The notes beneath the pieces were generated by a model. The model made no database searches. It saw nothing but the letters and a program-made list of their open reading frames with translations, and was not told the DNA's origin. DNA of 64,000 bases from a virus, in the IMG/VR virus record IMGVR_UViG_3300045988_057044, positions 53,907 to 117,906 of that record. One strand, 5' to 3'. Positions 38,309 through 47,407 of this stretch are shown one piece after another. Both the position numbers and the translations under genes were made by a program. Numbering within the stretch: position 1 is the stretch's first letter; each line of letters starts with the position of its first letter.

Positions 38309-38815
38309 TTAATAACTGATTGTTAATAAACTCTTCATGTTTTTACCGACAGCTAAATTCTTAAAACATTGAGTGATAAACTCTTTTGTCTCTGGATGAA
38401 TCGCCCTGGGAGCGCTAATATATTTAATCCACCAGTTATATTCTCCTTGGAAACTATTTCCATTATACACCTTACCAGCGGCTAAATAATCACACACTAG
38501 CTCCAATGCATATTCTCTAGGGATTTTCACCGGGACTCCACCAGAATCTAATTGAGTTACCCAATATTCATAATGATGTGGATTTCTTCCTCTATGATGT
38601 AAATAGGACCTAGAATAGCCCAGAATTTCTTTCTCCTTATTTAATGGAGATGTGTTATCATCGTAAAATTTAACAGAACGAGAAAATTCATACCATCCGA
38701 ACTTAGATAAATCGTGCAAAATGCCCTGCCTATATAGTCCTAATTGGAAGCAATAGTATGCAACCCAGAACTTATGCCTTAGTATCCTTCTTAGATGCTT
38801 TAATATCCGAATCAT
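38309..38815 (-). CDS. HD-domain phosphohydrolase-like protein
   Basis: GILHDLSKF ... LHHRGRNPHH (H...HD...H...H metal ligands). Confidence 0.4.
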   Translation of the reverse strand: MIRILKHLRRILRHKFWVAYYCFQLGLYRQGILHDLSKFGWYEFSRSVKFYDDNTSPLNKEKEILGYSRSYLHHRGRNPHHYEYWVTQLDSGGVPVKIPREYALELVCDYLAAGKVYNGNSFQGEYNWWIKYISAPRAIHPETKEFITQCFKNLAVGKNMKSLLTISY

Positions 38816-39104
38816 ATAACGAATCTCCTAGAAAGTTAAGAATAGGGACATCTACTGTATAGTCTTCATTGTACACTGCAAATGCGTATACTACCCACGA
38901 TACTAGTGAGGCACCTAAACCAAGCGGAGGGATAATCAAACTAGCTACAACAATAATAATAGTCCATCTAGGGATTTTTATTCTTGTAGCTTTAGAAGTT
39001 AACCAATTTACCTGGTAGGTGTAGTACAGACAGTAATATAGAAGCGCATAAAGTATAAGCCCTATGCCATCGCATATTAAATACACAAATTTAAGATCTT
39101 CCAT
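38772..39104 (-). CDS. small integral membrane protein (110 aa)
   Basis: Multiple hydrophobic helices (GLILYALLYYCLYY..., IIIVVASLIIPPLGLGASLVSWVVYAFAV). Confidence 0.4.
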   Translation of the reverse strand: MEDLKFVYLICDGIGLILYALLYYCLYYTYQVNWLTSKATRIKIPRWTIIIVVASLIIPPLGLGASLVSWVVYAFAVYNEDYTVDVPILNFLGDSLYDSDIKASKKDTKA

Positions 39105-39424
39105 ATCTTCTTTATAATTTTAGTCAGAAAATTTCTACCTCTTAACGTATACTTGTGAGTATATCCGTCATTTCTGTTAGGATTCCACAGAGCATGGATT
39201 GCATAGTATATATAGCCTACCATATATAGTACTATATTCAAGACAGGAACAAATCCCAGAACTATGATTAGTAATACTGCCCAGATTGGAACCTTAATGT
39301 CATACTCTTCGTCTATGTTAGCATAGTTGCTACTATACCCAGTCCAATAAACCGTAACATGAGTATCTTTTAAGATAAGCACCGTGACGATTATCATCAC
39401 AGTGCATATTATTAAGTACATCAT
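39077..39424 (-). CDS. small integral membrane protein (115 aa)
   Basis: Hydrophobic helices MMYLIICTVMIIVTVLIL, WAVLLIIVLGFVPVLNIVLYMVGYIYYAI. Confidence 0.4.
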   Translation of the reverse strand: MMYLIICTVMIIVTVLILKDTHVTVYWTGYSSNYANIDEEYDIKVPIWAVLLIIVLGFVPVLNIVLYMVGYIYYAIHALWNPNRNDGYTHKYTLRGRNFLTKIIKKIWKILNLCI

Positions 39425-39693
39425 AGTTATTTCCCAGCTACATCCTTAAATAAGGTAGGAACAGTACCATAAGTAGGCAGTTTTCCATCCCACTTCTCTA
39501 CAAAATTCTGTTGTACAATCAATGCAGATAAGGATCATAGTAGATATATGCGATGAATAGTAAGCATATAATTATAAACGCAATCACCGAGTTTTTACAG
39601 AACCTGGTCTAGTGGTAGCAGCTTGAAAATCCTTCCCTTGCTTATCCCACCATGCTTGCTTTGATTTCAACCAAGCTACTCTCTTCTTGTACT

Positions 39694-40710
39694 TCATTGC
39701 TCAGAAACTATTACAATTCTGTTAAATTCATTATCTCCAAAATCAGTAGTAACTCCACATCCCTTCACGGTAAGTTTGTCTTCCGGAGCACCATAGTTAA
39801 CCAGAGCCTTCTTCATAGATTCCGCTCTAGCATTAGCTAATTTGTTGTTGAAATCAATAGGTCCCTCTTCAGAAGCATATCCCTCTATAATATATGACTT
39901 ACCACTATTTGCTATGTAGGCTGCTAATTCAGACACGGCAACATTAGAGGTAGCAGATATTTCAGAGGAGTTTTGTAAGAATTGGATTTTAGGAGTAAGT
40001 AATTCTACCTTAGTAATTTCTATGGTATCTACCTTAACTACCTCAACAGGTTTGCGAGCCATAAGTTCATTATTCTTCTCTCTCAATTCATTAATAGACG
40101 CATTTAAGCTTTCTATTTCCGAATCGTTATAAAGTTTCATAACTGGGAAATTCCCTTTGCTCGACTTAAATCTGTAAGTAGCTCCTACATAAACATTGAC
40201 TTCTTGGTTTAATGGGGTAGTTTTAGGAAGTAGCATATATTCTGGGGTTATATTTAACGCCCACGTATCAGTAATGTTGAAATTACATCTTACTGCACCA
40301 CGCGCAGATACATTGTTATAGACGTACCCATAGGTATGATACCAACCTGCTCCTATAATCAATACTGGTTCAAACAGACGTCTATTGCCTTCATAGCCAC
40401 ATACCAGATTACTAAGATTGGTAGTAACATTAGCCGTAAGGTTGTGTGAATCAAAGAATGTCTTATTTCCCTGATTCATACCAGCTACCATGTCTAATTC
40501 TAGGCCAAAGATAGGTGTAATTTCTTTACCTACAGCAATATTCACCAGAATATCATTAGGTTCAGCCCAACTTCTCTGATTGTCCCAAACTGTAGTTCCA
40601 ACATTACCGGAAATATACCAATTGTCTTTCAAACTTCCAGTTTCTACAACTTGTGCACTTACAAACGCACACATTAAACACAAACAAATAATACTAAAAA
40701 TTTTCTTCAT
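39694..40710 (-). CDS. OmpA-family outer-membrane protein (beta-barrel + OmpA C-terminal peptidoglycan-binding domain)
   Basis: Signal peptide MKKIFSIICLCLMCAFVSAQ; C-terminal FLQNSSEISATSNVAVSELAAYIANSGKSYIIEGYASEEGPIDFNNKLANARAESMKKAL...KGCG matches OmpA_C. Confidence 0.75.
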   Translation of the reverse strand: MKKIFSIICLCLMCAFVSAQVVETGSLKDNWYISGNVGTTVWDNQRSWAEPNDILVNIAVGKEITPIFGLELDMVAGMNQGNKTFFDSHNLTANVTTNLSNLVCGYEGNRRLFEPVLIIGAGWYHTYGYVYNNVSARGAVRCNFNITDTWALNITPEYMLLPKTTPLNQEVNVYVGATYRFKSSKGNFPVMKLYNDSEIESLNASINELREKNNELMARKPVEVVKVDTIEITKVELLTPKIQFLQNSSEISATSNVAVSELAAYIANSGKSYIIEGYASEEGPIDFNNKLANARAESMKKALVNYGAPEDKLTVKGCGVTTDFGDNEFNRIVIVSEQ

Positions 40711-40728
40711 AATTACATTAATTAAAAT

Positions 40729-41163
40729 TTAATCCCACCAAGTTCTCATACGCTCAAACTTAAGTTTGTTGTATAAGTACCAGGCTTTTTCTCTTCTCAA
40801 ATAGTCTTGGAGAATAGGTTCGCTCCAATCGAGATCAGCAGCTTTAGGACGGAATCGTTTCCAATTCTTAATGTTTATGTGCCTATCTACAAATCCTTTA
40901 GACCTCGGTCTGAAATCACAGTGATAGGCAGAATCTATCTCCAACACAATGTCCAAGAGTCCTAGTGCTAGTTTTAGATCCCTTTCAACAAATTCATTAC
41001 CTTCAGCAATTCTAGATACTTTGAAGTATTCATACATCCTGATTAAGGCTTGCTTCTCTAGTGAGAGCACGAAACCATAATCAAACGGATAGAACTTCAT
41101 AGCCTCTTTAATGAGCTTCTTGTTCTTACTCTTTCTTAGTTTCATATTCTTGACTTGCTTCAA
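40729..41163 (-). CDS. hypothetical protein (144 aa)
   Basis: ORF track. Confidence 0.4.
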   Translation of the reverse strand: MKQVKNMKLRKSKNKKLIKEAMKFYPFDYGFVLSLEKQALIRMYEYFKVSRIAEGNEFVERDLKLALGLLDIVLEIDSAYHCDFRPRSKGFVDRHINIKNWKRFRPKAADLDWSEPILQDYLRREKAWYLYNKLKFERMRTWWD

Positions 41164-41569
41164 CTGCTAATTTATCTGTGAGATTATTCATCTTAGAAAA
41201 GAAATCAGAATTGGAGGTATGTCCTTTTACCCAACAAAAATCTATATTAGGACAAAATTGCTTTGCCTTATTTAAGACCTTGTCGTATAAATTCCATAAC
41301 TCTACGTTCTTCTTTCTTTTCCATCCTTTAGTAGCACATCCTATGACGTACTGAGAATCTGAGTAAATAGTCAGAGATTCGATTTTACGACTTACTGCAT
41401 TTAGAGCATAAATTACTGCTAACAACTCACATTTATTATTAGTAGTATTAGGAATCATCTTACTAAATTCATAGGCTTTTTCCCCATCAATTACGAATAC
41501 AACTCCTACTCCTCCTGTGTCTCTAGACGAGCTAAAAGCTCCATCAGTGAACACTTCTAGCCTGCTCAT
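41126..41569 (-). CDS. rnhA: ribonuclease HI
   Basis: FTDGAFSS...NNKCELLAVIYAL...YSDSQYVIGCATKGWKRKKNVELW...WVKGHTSNSDF... = RNase H catalytic DEDD-type motifs. Confidence 0.8.
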   Translation of the reverse strand: MSRLEVFTDGAFSSSRDTGGVGVVFVIDGEKAYEFSKMIPNTTNNKCELLAVIYALNAVSRKIESLTIYSDSQYVIGCATKGWKRKKNVELWNLYDKVLNKAKQFCPNIDFCWVKGHTSNSDFFSKMNNLTDKLAVEASQEYETKKE

Positions 41570-41957
41570 CAGCAGTATTTACTCTCATGTTAGTTCCGAG
41601 TAATATTGCTATCTTTAGCAAATCGTCTTGATTGTCACAAAATATATTATCTAAAATATAGTTTGCATAATCAACAATTCTAACTCTCTTTCCTATAGCA
41701 CCATATTTTTCGTTAAGCCATTTAAGCTGAGGAGCAAAATCTTCTAGGTCGTCCCCTAAATGCCGTAAAGCCTTCCTAATAGGAACAGGAAACCACATTT
41801 TCTCCTTTATCCAGTCTAAATGACAATAACCAAACGCAAATGCTCTACTTAAATCCTTCTGAATAAACTCGTCTAACTCGAAATTTCTCTCATGCCTACC
41901 AGCTTCCTCGAAATCATCTTTCAAATCCTCACAAAAAATCTGATTAAATTCAATCAT
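41544..41957 (-). CDS. hypothetical protein (137 aa)
   Basis: ORF track. Confidence 0.4.
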   Translation of the reverse strand: MIEFNQIFCEDLKDDFEEAGRHERNFELDEFIQKDLSRAFAFGYCHLDWIKEKMWFPVPIRKALRHLGDDLEDFAPQLKWLNEKYGAIGKRVRIVDYANYILDNIFCDNQDDLLKIAILLGTNMRVNTADEQARSVH

Positions 41958-42348
41958 AACTCCAAGTTTCTAGGCAAGCTATAAGTTCCAGCATCCCATA
42001 TCTGCAAATAACCTTGAATGGTCCAGTAGCTATAGAAAGATAAGGACTTTTGTTGTCATTGTACAGCTTCATTACTTCTCTTAGTAGTATACTAGCATTT
42101 CTGGATAGTTCGTAAAGAGTAGGAACTCTGTGTTCGTTCGGACCTACGTACATTTTCCATGTACTTTTGCCTATACAGCGACCCTCGTCATCATATTCTC
42201 TATGACTCTTGTTCCACTGCATATACTCCAGAACCTTATCAAAATCAAAGTTCTCCATAATGCTTTTGTATTGTTCCTCCAATGGGGGACAATCATCCCT
42301 TGTCAGGACTGTTCTCTTTGTTTTGCTCATTTTTGTAACAATTAACAA
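41950..42348 (-). CDS. hypothetical protein (132 aa)
   Basis: ORF track. Confidence 0.4.
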   Translation of the reverse strand: MLIVTKMSKTKRTVLTRDDCPPLEEQYKSIMENFDFDKVLEYMQWNKSHREYDDEGRCIGKSTWKMYVGPNEHRVPTLYELSRNASILLREVMKLYNDNKSPYLSIATGPFKVICRYGMLELIACLETWSYD

Positions 42349-42634
42349 GATTCTGTAAGTTGGACAACTTATCAGTTCTTACACTGACCAGTAGCCCACC
42401 CTTACGTAAGTTGTAACTAAGTTTAATTCCGCAATGATTTAGAATTTCGATAAACTCTCTCAATGCGCTTCCCTTTAACACATTTCTGTAGACTAGTTTC
42501 TGACCATCTTGATATCCTGCTCGATAATATTCATTCGCAACATCAGAAATAAGCCATCGCTTAATAGGAGATACCCTACTTAAGAGTTCATTGACTCTGG
42601 TTGCGATAAAATCCATATTACTGAATACTATCAA
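42293..42634 (-). CDS. hypothetical protein (113 aa)
   Basis: ORF track. Confidence 0.4.
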   Translation of the reverse strand: MIVFSNMDFIATRVNELLSRVSPIKRWLISDVANEYYRAGYQDGQKLVYRNVLKGSALREFIEILNHCGIKLSYNLRKGGLLVSVRTDKLSNLQNLVNCYKNEQNKENSPDKG

Positions 42635-42792
42635 TTACAAGACTATCCACACCTAGAGTGTCTACACTCATTGTGTCAGCAACTTCTTTAACGATTGCGA
42701 TAGAATCGTTTTCTGGAGCCTGAGTCTTTGTATTACCTGCACAAGCAGACATCAGTGCAACCATTCCGAAAAGCAATAGTACTTTCTTCATT
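42618..42792 (-). CDS. small putative lipoprotein (57 aa; MKKVLLLFGMVALMSACAGNTKTQAPENDSIAIVKEVADTMSVDTLGVDSLVIDSIQ)
   Basis: Manual rc translation; signal peptide + Cys at +17; below ORF-track size cutoff. Confidence 0.4.
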
Positions 42793-42830
42793 TTTCTTAA
42801 TTTAAATTAGTTAATAATCATTTTATCTAT

Positions 42831-42900
42831 CAAAAAAAAGAGTGGTTCCAGTATCTGTGCTTCACCAGATACTTTCCCCACTCCTATCACTCCGAAGAGC
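42831..42900 (-). terminator. strong rho-independent terminator (minus strand)
   Basis: minus sense GGAGTGGGGAAAGTATCTGGTGAAGCACAGATACTGGAACCACTC followed by TTTTTTTT (long imperfect hairpin incl. CAGTATCTG/CAGATACT arms). Confidence 0.7.
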
Positions 42901-43247
42901 TTGTACCATTATTAGGTTGGTCAACCTCCCTCTTCATCTTGTTGAGAATTTGGGATAATAGTCACCAAGTTTAAAGATTACTTGTAACTGAAGCAAAAGG
43001 CTAGAATCCCGAAGGGATTCCGTAACTCCTTCAACACGTGGTTGACGAGCTATGTAGGAAGCTAACGCGCAGGCAAAGATGAAGTCAAAGACCTAGCTAC
43101 ACTAACAAAGACTCTCAATTAGAGAGTAGGTTGTAAATTTTTGTGTAGCCAGCGAATAAAGATTAAATCCATGCGGATTTAAGAATATACTGTTCATAAT
43201 TATTCCTGTTAAGTATGTTATGTTAGCTTCCTACGGAAGTCCTCTAA
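42841..43247 (-). ncRNA. candidate ~400-nt structured non-coding RNA (function unknown)
   Basis: No ORF >16 codons on the coding strand; locally GC-richer; stable hairpins incl. two C(UUCG)G tetraloops (minus-sense CCCUUCGGG and CUCUUCGGAG), AAATCC-GCAT-GGATTT, CTTCC-GTA-GGAAG; ends in the terminator above. Confidence 0.35.
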
Positions 43248-43430
43248 TTACTTAGAGGAAGAGTCGCCTTGTCTCCTAATCTCTTCGAAAATATCTAAAA
43301 GATTCTTAGGCAAAGCGATTTTTAGTTTGGAAATACGTTCCATTTCAGAAGTTTTCCAACTATTGAAACGACTTCTCAACTCTCCTAATTCGGAGGTATA
43401 TTTGTCGTATTTTGCTTTAAATTCAGCCAT
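43248..43430 (-). CDS. hypothetical protein (60 aa)
   Basis: ORF track. Confidence 0.35.
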   Translation of the reverse strand: MAEFKAKYDKYTSELGELRSRFNSWKTSEMERISKLKIALPKNLLDIFEEIRRQGDSSSK

Positions 43431-43446
43431 TTTCTCACGATACTCT

Positions 43447-43532
43447 TGTTCTTGAGGGGACTCGAACCCACACGCCCATTACTGGGCATCAGAGCTTAAA
43501 TCTGACGTGTCTACCAATTCCACCATTCGGGC
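43447..43532 (-). tRNA. tRNA-Leu(TAA)-like, type II; acceptor stem does not pair (possible pseudogene/chimera)
   Basis: minus sense GCCCGAA-TG-GTG-GAATTGGTAGA-CAC, anticodon arm TCAGA-TTTAAGC-TCTGA (anticodon TAA), variable hairpin TGCCCAGTAATGGGCG, T-loop GGG-TTCGAGT-CCC, but 3' strand CAAGAAC cannot pair with 5' GCCCGAA. Confidence 0.4.
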
Positions 43533-43618
43533 ATAGTGATTAGCTATACTCACGTACCGCTAATCAACTTACTATAATAACAGTACAAGTGTTAAATTCA
43601 AAGTTAAAAACCGTTAAC

Positions 43619-43933
43619 TTATTTAAACTGCAAACAAATGTTAATAAATTTATCGACATCAGTTCCGCAATCTACATAGTTCGGAGTGTTAGCTTCGAAG
43701 TATTTGAGAACGGCCTCTGTTCCAAAAAGTCCCATCTCTTCGAAGTCATACCCCTCACCGTGAATATCCGATGTAGGCATATTTGGTCTGAATACTAACC
43801 AGGCTGTACCAGGAAATTCACAACACGTACAAACAGTCAATCCACTTTCTCTTAGTTTATCTAAGATTTGTGGACTAACTGTTTTCAATACGACACAATT
43901 ATCCGAGTTCTGCAAGTCGTTGTCTGATTTCAT
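43619..43933 (-). CDS. hypothetical protein (104 aa)
   Basis: ORF track. Confidence 0.4.
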   Translation of the reverse strand: MKSDNDLQNSDNCVVLKTVSPQILDKLRESGLTVCTCCEFPGTAWLVFRPNMPTSDIHGEGYDFEEMGLFGTEAVLKYFEANTPNYVDCGTDVDKFINICLQFK

Positions 43934-44273
43934 CTTCGGACATACTTTCCATTTTCTCGGACTGTTTCTTAGCCAGCAGTTCAGTCAGGCGTGCCTTCTC
44001 AGCTGCCTTATCTTTAGCTGCTTCTCTAGCGGCCTTGTCTTTCAGCTTATCAGTGATAACATCTTTCACAATATTGAACTTTAACTCCAGTTCGCTATTG
44101 CTAGGAGTATCATTAGTTATGAAAGATTTTCTAGGACTCTTGGCTAATTCTTCGTCATAGGACACTGCCAGTCTGTCCAATGCAGGCAGACTTAAGTCCC
44201 ACAAATCTTCCACACTCAAATTACCTTTACTAGTTGCAAAGCGCAACTTCATTTTAGACGCTTGTTTGTACAT
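43899..44273 (-). CDS. hypothetical coiled-coil protein (124 aa)
   Basis: ORF track. Confidence 0.4.
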   Translation of the reverse strand: MYKQASKMKLRFATSKGNLSVEDLWDLSLPALDRLAVSYDEELAKSPRKSFITNDTPSNSELELKFNIVKDVITDKLKDKAAREAAKDKAAEKARLTELLAKKQSEKMESMSEDEIRQRLAELG

Positions 44274-44275
44274 AA

Positions 44276-46282
44276 TTAGAATTTAATTTTAAATGGTTTA
44301 TTATCAACTTTAACTACAACCTCGTCGTGAGACGTACTAGAGAATCCCAGTCCACTCAACTGGTTATCGTTGTATTCTGCTTTAGCTCTAGAGCCAATAG
44401 CTTCGAATACTCTCTTATGATCTTTTTCGAGATCGGGTCTCAGATATTCATTGAAGAATCCTCGAACTGGGTCAGGATTTTTACATCCATCAATCATGAA
44501 GAATAGGTGCTTGTTTCCTATTTCATTACCTTCCCAATAATTTGGAGAATACATGATGCAAGAAACAGTTTGGAAACGCATAGTATCAATGCCCCACTCG
44601 TTCATAGACTTGTATGAAGTTGCACCTTCGGCAATTACCGGACTTAGGGTTATATTACCAATAGAATCTACCTTGATAATTGCTACCGCAATATATTCTC
44701 TGTCTGACACCATCTTATCATAGTTGAACTTATGAAGTTCTCCATTGATTTCGATTTCTACCTCGAATCCAAAGTCTATATGTTCTCTTTTGCAGAAGTT
44801 ATGCACTCTCACTACATATTGACCTGCTCTGAGTCTAGATTGGTCAGTCCAGATAATATTCTCGACTGCATCTCTGGTTTTACCAGAACCAGCGTTCATA
44901 TCTACATCTAGTGTACCACCAGTTAATCCTCTCTTGTGCCCGTAATAGATTTCATTACCGCCGGGTTCTGTTACATGGAGGTCAAGGTCATCATAGTTAA
45001 ACCAGTGTAGAGAACACCTTAGGAATCCATTTACGTTACCACCTGCTGCTTTCACTTTCTCCTTAAATGAATCCGCCATAGAGCCATTATACACCCAAGC
45101 GAAGTTATTCTTCCATTTGAACAGCTGACCTGCATCAGGGTTCTCTGGAGCAGTTAGGGTAACAAAATTAGGAATATGCTTATTCTCAACAAGAATTTGC
45201 ACATCCTTAGAGTGCGGCAATACATTAGTTACAAACTCCGAAATTGAGATTTCAGTAGCTTTGGTATACTCTTTAGGATTAACCGTTGAGGTCTCTTTTA
45301 AAGAGTCAAATATACCTCCTTTCATACGTGCACGAGTATCTCTATTTACGAACAGAACGTCGTTTACAGAAATATCTTCTACACGAGCATGACGGCGAGG
45401 AAGGGCATCAGTTAACCCAAGTTCTTCAACCTTCTTCTGAGCAGCCTCAATTTGTTTCTTAGTAATAAGAGCAGTAGGTCTCTTATAGTTAGATGGAGCC
45501 ATAATGTTCTCATAAGACTTAACAGCTCTTTCCAGGTCTACACCATTACTTAAGTCAATCAGTAGAGTTCCCATAGCCGTATTTCTAATTTTAGCTATTG
45601 GAGATTTGAAGTTAAACCAACAATAGTTAGTGCGAACCTCTGGTGAGAGATTATCGGCCTCAAGTATAGTTCTTCTGAACTCTTGCAGAGTCTTTAGGAA
45701 CTCCTCTCCGCGATAGAGATTATTATCCTCTATCAACTCAATTACGGTTTCTACTGCACTTAGTTTAAGCTCGGAAAGAGAGCGTTCAAAGACACCAGCT
45801 CTAGCTCTAACATCTCCGCGATAACCTGCGGCAGAATCGAAATGATGTACTCTCTTGTTGAATTTAAACTTGTTAGGAATAGTCACGTACAAGTGAGTCC
45901 AAGTTCTAGTAGTTCCATCAGGAAGAAGTTGCACATTATGGTCACAACCGTGAAACTCATTAACATCCTGAATGAATATATCTCCTATTCCGGCTTCCTT
46001 AACGAGTTTAGCCAAATCCGATGCGGTCTTTTCATAGCCAGGAGTGTGAACATCATCCCAGAAGGTTTTCACCTTGTAGGTTTGAGGGTCTATAGCGACT
46101 ACCTTACCATAGTGACGTATGAAAGACTTACAAGCATTACAATTGTGATCTTGTCGAATTGTTTCGTCCTCAAAGGAGAGAAGATAACTCATCCACAAAA
46201 GGTCTTTGTCTACATTAACTACAAATAAATTATCTGCAATCATAGCATTGAAAGCAGACTCTACATCTTTCTTGAAATCCAT
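44276..46282 (-). CDS. large hypothetical protein (668 aa)
   Basis: ORF track; long uninterrupted frame. Confidence 0.5.
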   Translation of the reverse strand: MDFKKDVESAFNAMIADNLFVVNVDKDLLWMSYLLSFEDETIRQDHNCNACKSFIRHYGKVVAIDPQTYKVKTFWDDVHTPGYEKTASDLAKLVKEAGIGDIFIQDVNEFHGCDHNVQLLPDGTTRTWTHLYVTIPNKFKFNKRVHHFDSAAGYRGDVRARAGVFERSLSELKLSAVETVIELIEDNNLYRGEEFLKTLQEFRRTILEADNLSPEVRTNYCWFNFKSPIAKIRNTAMGTLLIDLSNGVDLERAVKSYENIMAPSNYKRPTALITKKQIEAAQKKVEELGLTDALPRRHARVEDISVNDVLFVNRDTRARMKGGIFDSLKETSTVNPKEYTKATEISISEFVTNVLPHSKDVQILVENKHIPNFVTLTAPENPDAGQLFKWKNNFAWVYNGSMADSFKEKVKAAGGNVNGFLRCSLHWFNYDDLDLHVTEPGGNEIYYGHKRGLTGGTLDVDMNAGSGKTRDAVENIIWTDQSRLRAGQYVVRVHNFCKREHIDFGFEVEIEINGELHKFNYDKMVSDREYIAVAIIKVDSIGNITLSPVIAEGATSYKSMNEWGIDTMRFQTVSCIMYSPNYWEGNEIGNKHLFFMIDGCKNPDPVRGFFNEYLRPDLEKDHKRVFEAIGSRAKAEYNDNQLSGLGFSSTSHDEVVVKVDNKPFKIKF

Positions 46283-46363
46283 AATCTTTATTCGTTAAAT
46301 ATTTGATTGCATAATATAATAGTTAGACCAGTCATAACTGCGGTCTCAAAACCCATTACTTCC

Positions 46364-46630
46364 CTAGTTACTAATAGTATTGTTCCCATCAGAACTATTA
46401 CTAGTAATCTTACTAATTCCTTTTTCCACCATTTCATGCTCTAGCTTCTTCAAAGTTTCTACACTCTCCTCATTGAACTTATCCACTCCCAGTTCACTAA
46501 CCTTATATATCATAAGAATTTGGTGAAATCTTAGATAAGGATATTGGTCAATGATTTGACTCAATCTAGTTAATATCTTGAAATTAGCTTTCTTTCTAAA
46601 TCTGATAGCTTCTTCAATTTGAGCTTCCAT
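46364..46630 (-). CDS. hypothetical protein (88 aa)
   Basis: ORF track. Confidence 0.35.
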   Translation of the reverse strand: MEAQIEEAIRFRKKANFKILTRLSQIIDQYPYLRFHQILMIYKVSELGVDKFNEESVETLKKLEHEMVEKGISKITSNSSDGNNTISN

Positions 46631-47108
46631 ATTTATTAAGTATATCTAATTCCAATTCCTTAACTTTACTTTCATACAAGGAATCCTCAGCGTAGCCAAT
46701 TCTGTCTAGGAATTTGTAGTAATCCTCTTCTGGGTTATACTTACTAAGGATAAATTGCTTATAAGCGAATACACAGCTTATCCAACTATCGAACTTGAAG
46801 TAAGACATTGTTCTGGAATTATACAATCCGAACAGATTGTTATTGTCCTTACAAAGTTTCGATTTAAAATTGCCAGATTCCAGAACAGCCTGAGCTGTTA
46901 TAATTGCTGGATTTGGAAAATCGTAATGCTTCAAAGTATTGTACAATACTTCTTCGTTTACTTCATCCAATAAGTAGAATGGATGCTCTGGCAGCAATAC
47001 CATTTCCTCCTGTTTCTGATTGAAATGTATCAGATGATGCAAAGAATAACCAGTTGCAAATCCGAATACAATACCAATCATGAGGATAATTAAAACTTTC
47101 TTTTTCAT
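46614..47108 (-). CDS. membrane-anchored hypothetical protein (164 aa)
   Basis: N-terminal TM helix KKVLIILMIGIVFGFATGYSL. Confidence 0.4.
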   Translation of the reverse strand: MKKKVLIILMIGIVFGFATGYSLHHLIHFNQKQEEMVLLPEHPFYLLDEVNEEVLYNTLKHYDFPNPAIITAQAVLESGNFKSKLCKDNNNLFGLYNSRTMSYFKFDSWISCVFAYKQFILSKYNPEEDYYKFLDRIGYAEDSLYESKVKELELDILNKYGSSN

Positions 47109-47407
47109 ATCTCAATTGAATTAATAAATCTCGCATCATTAGCTAATTGATACACAGTAGTATTTAGCTCTGGTACATAGACTATATAGTAGTAATCAAA
47201 GAATTGATTATTATCCTCAAATCCTATGATTACTCCTTTTCGTCCTCCATCTACAATGCAGTCTCTATACATATATTTTGCAATATCTTGGCGGATTCCG
47301 TCATGATTTATTACAGCCTGCAATGCAGAAAGTCCGTAGTAAGATGTATTTACACCCCTTATCTCATGTCCAAGCAAATCTTTATCAAAAGGAGAACTTA
47401 CTATCAT
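47105..47407 (-). CDS. hypothetical protein (100 aa)
   Basis: ORF track. Confidence 0.35.
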   Translation of the reverse strand: MIVSSPFDKDLLGHEIRGVNTSYYGLSALQAVINHDGIRQDIAKYMYRDCIVDGGRKGVIIGFEDNNQFFDYYYIVYVPELNTTVYQLANDARFINSIEI

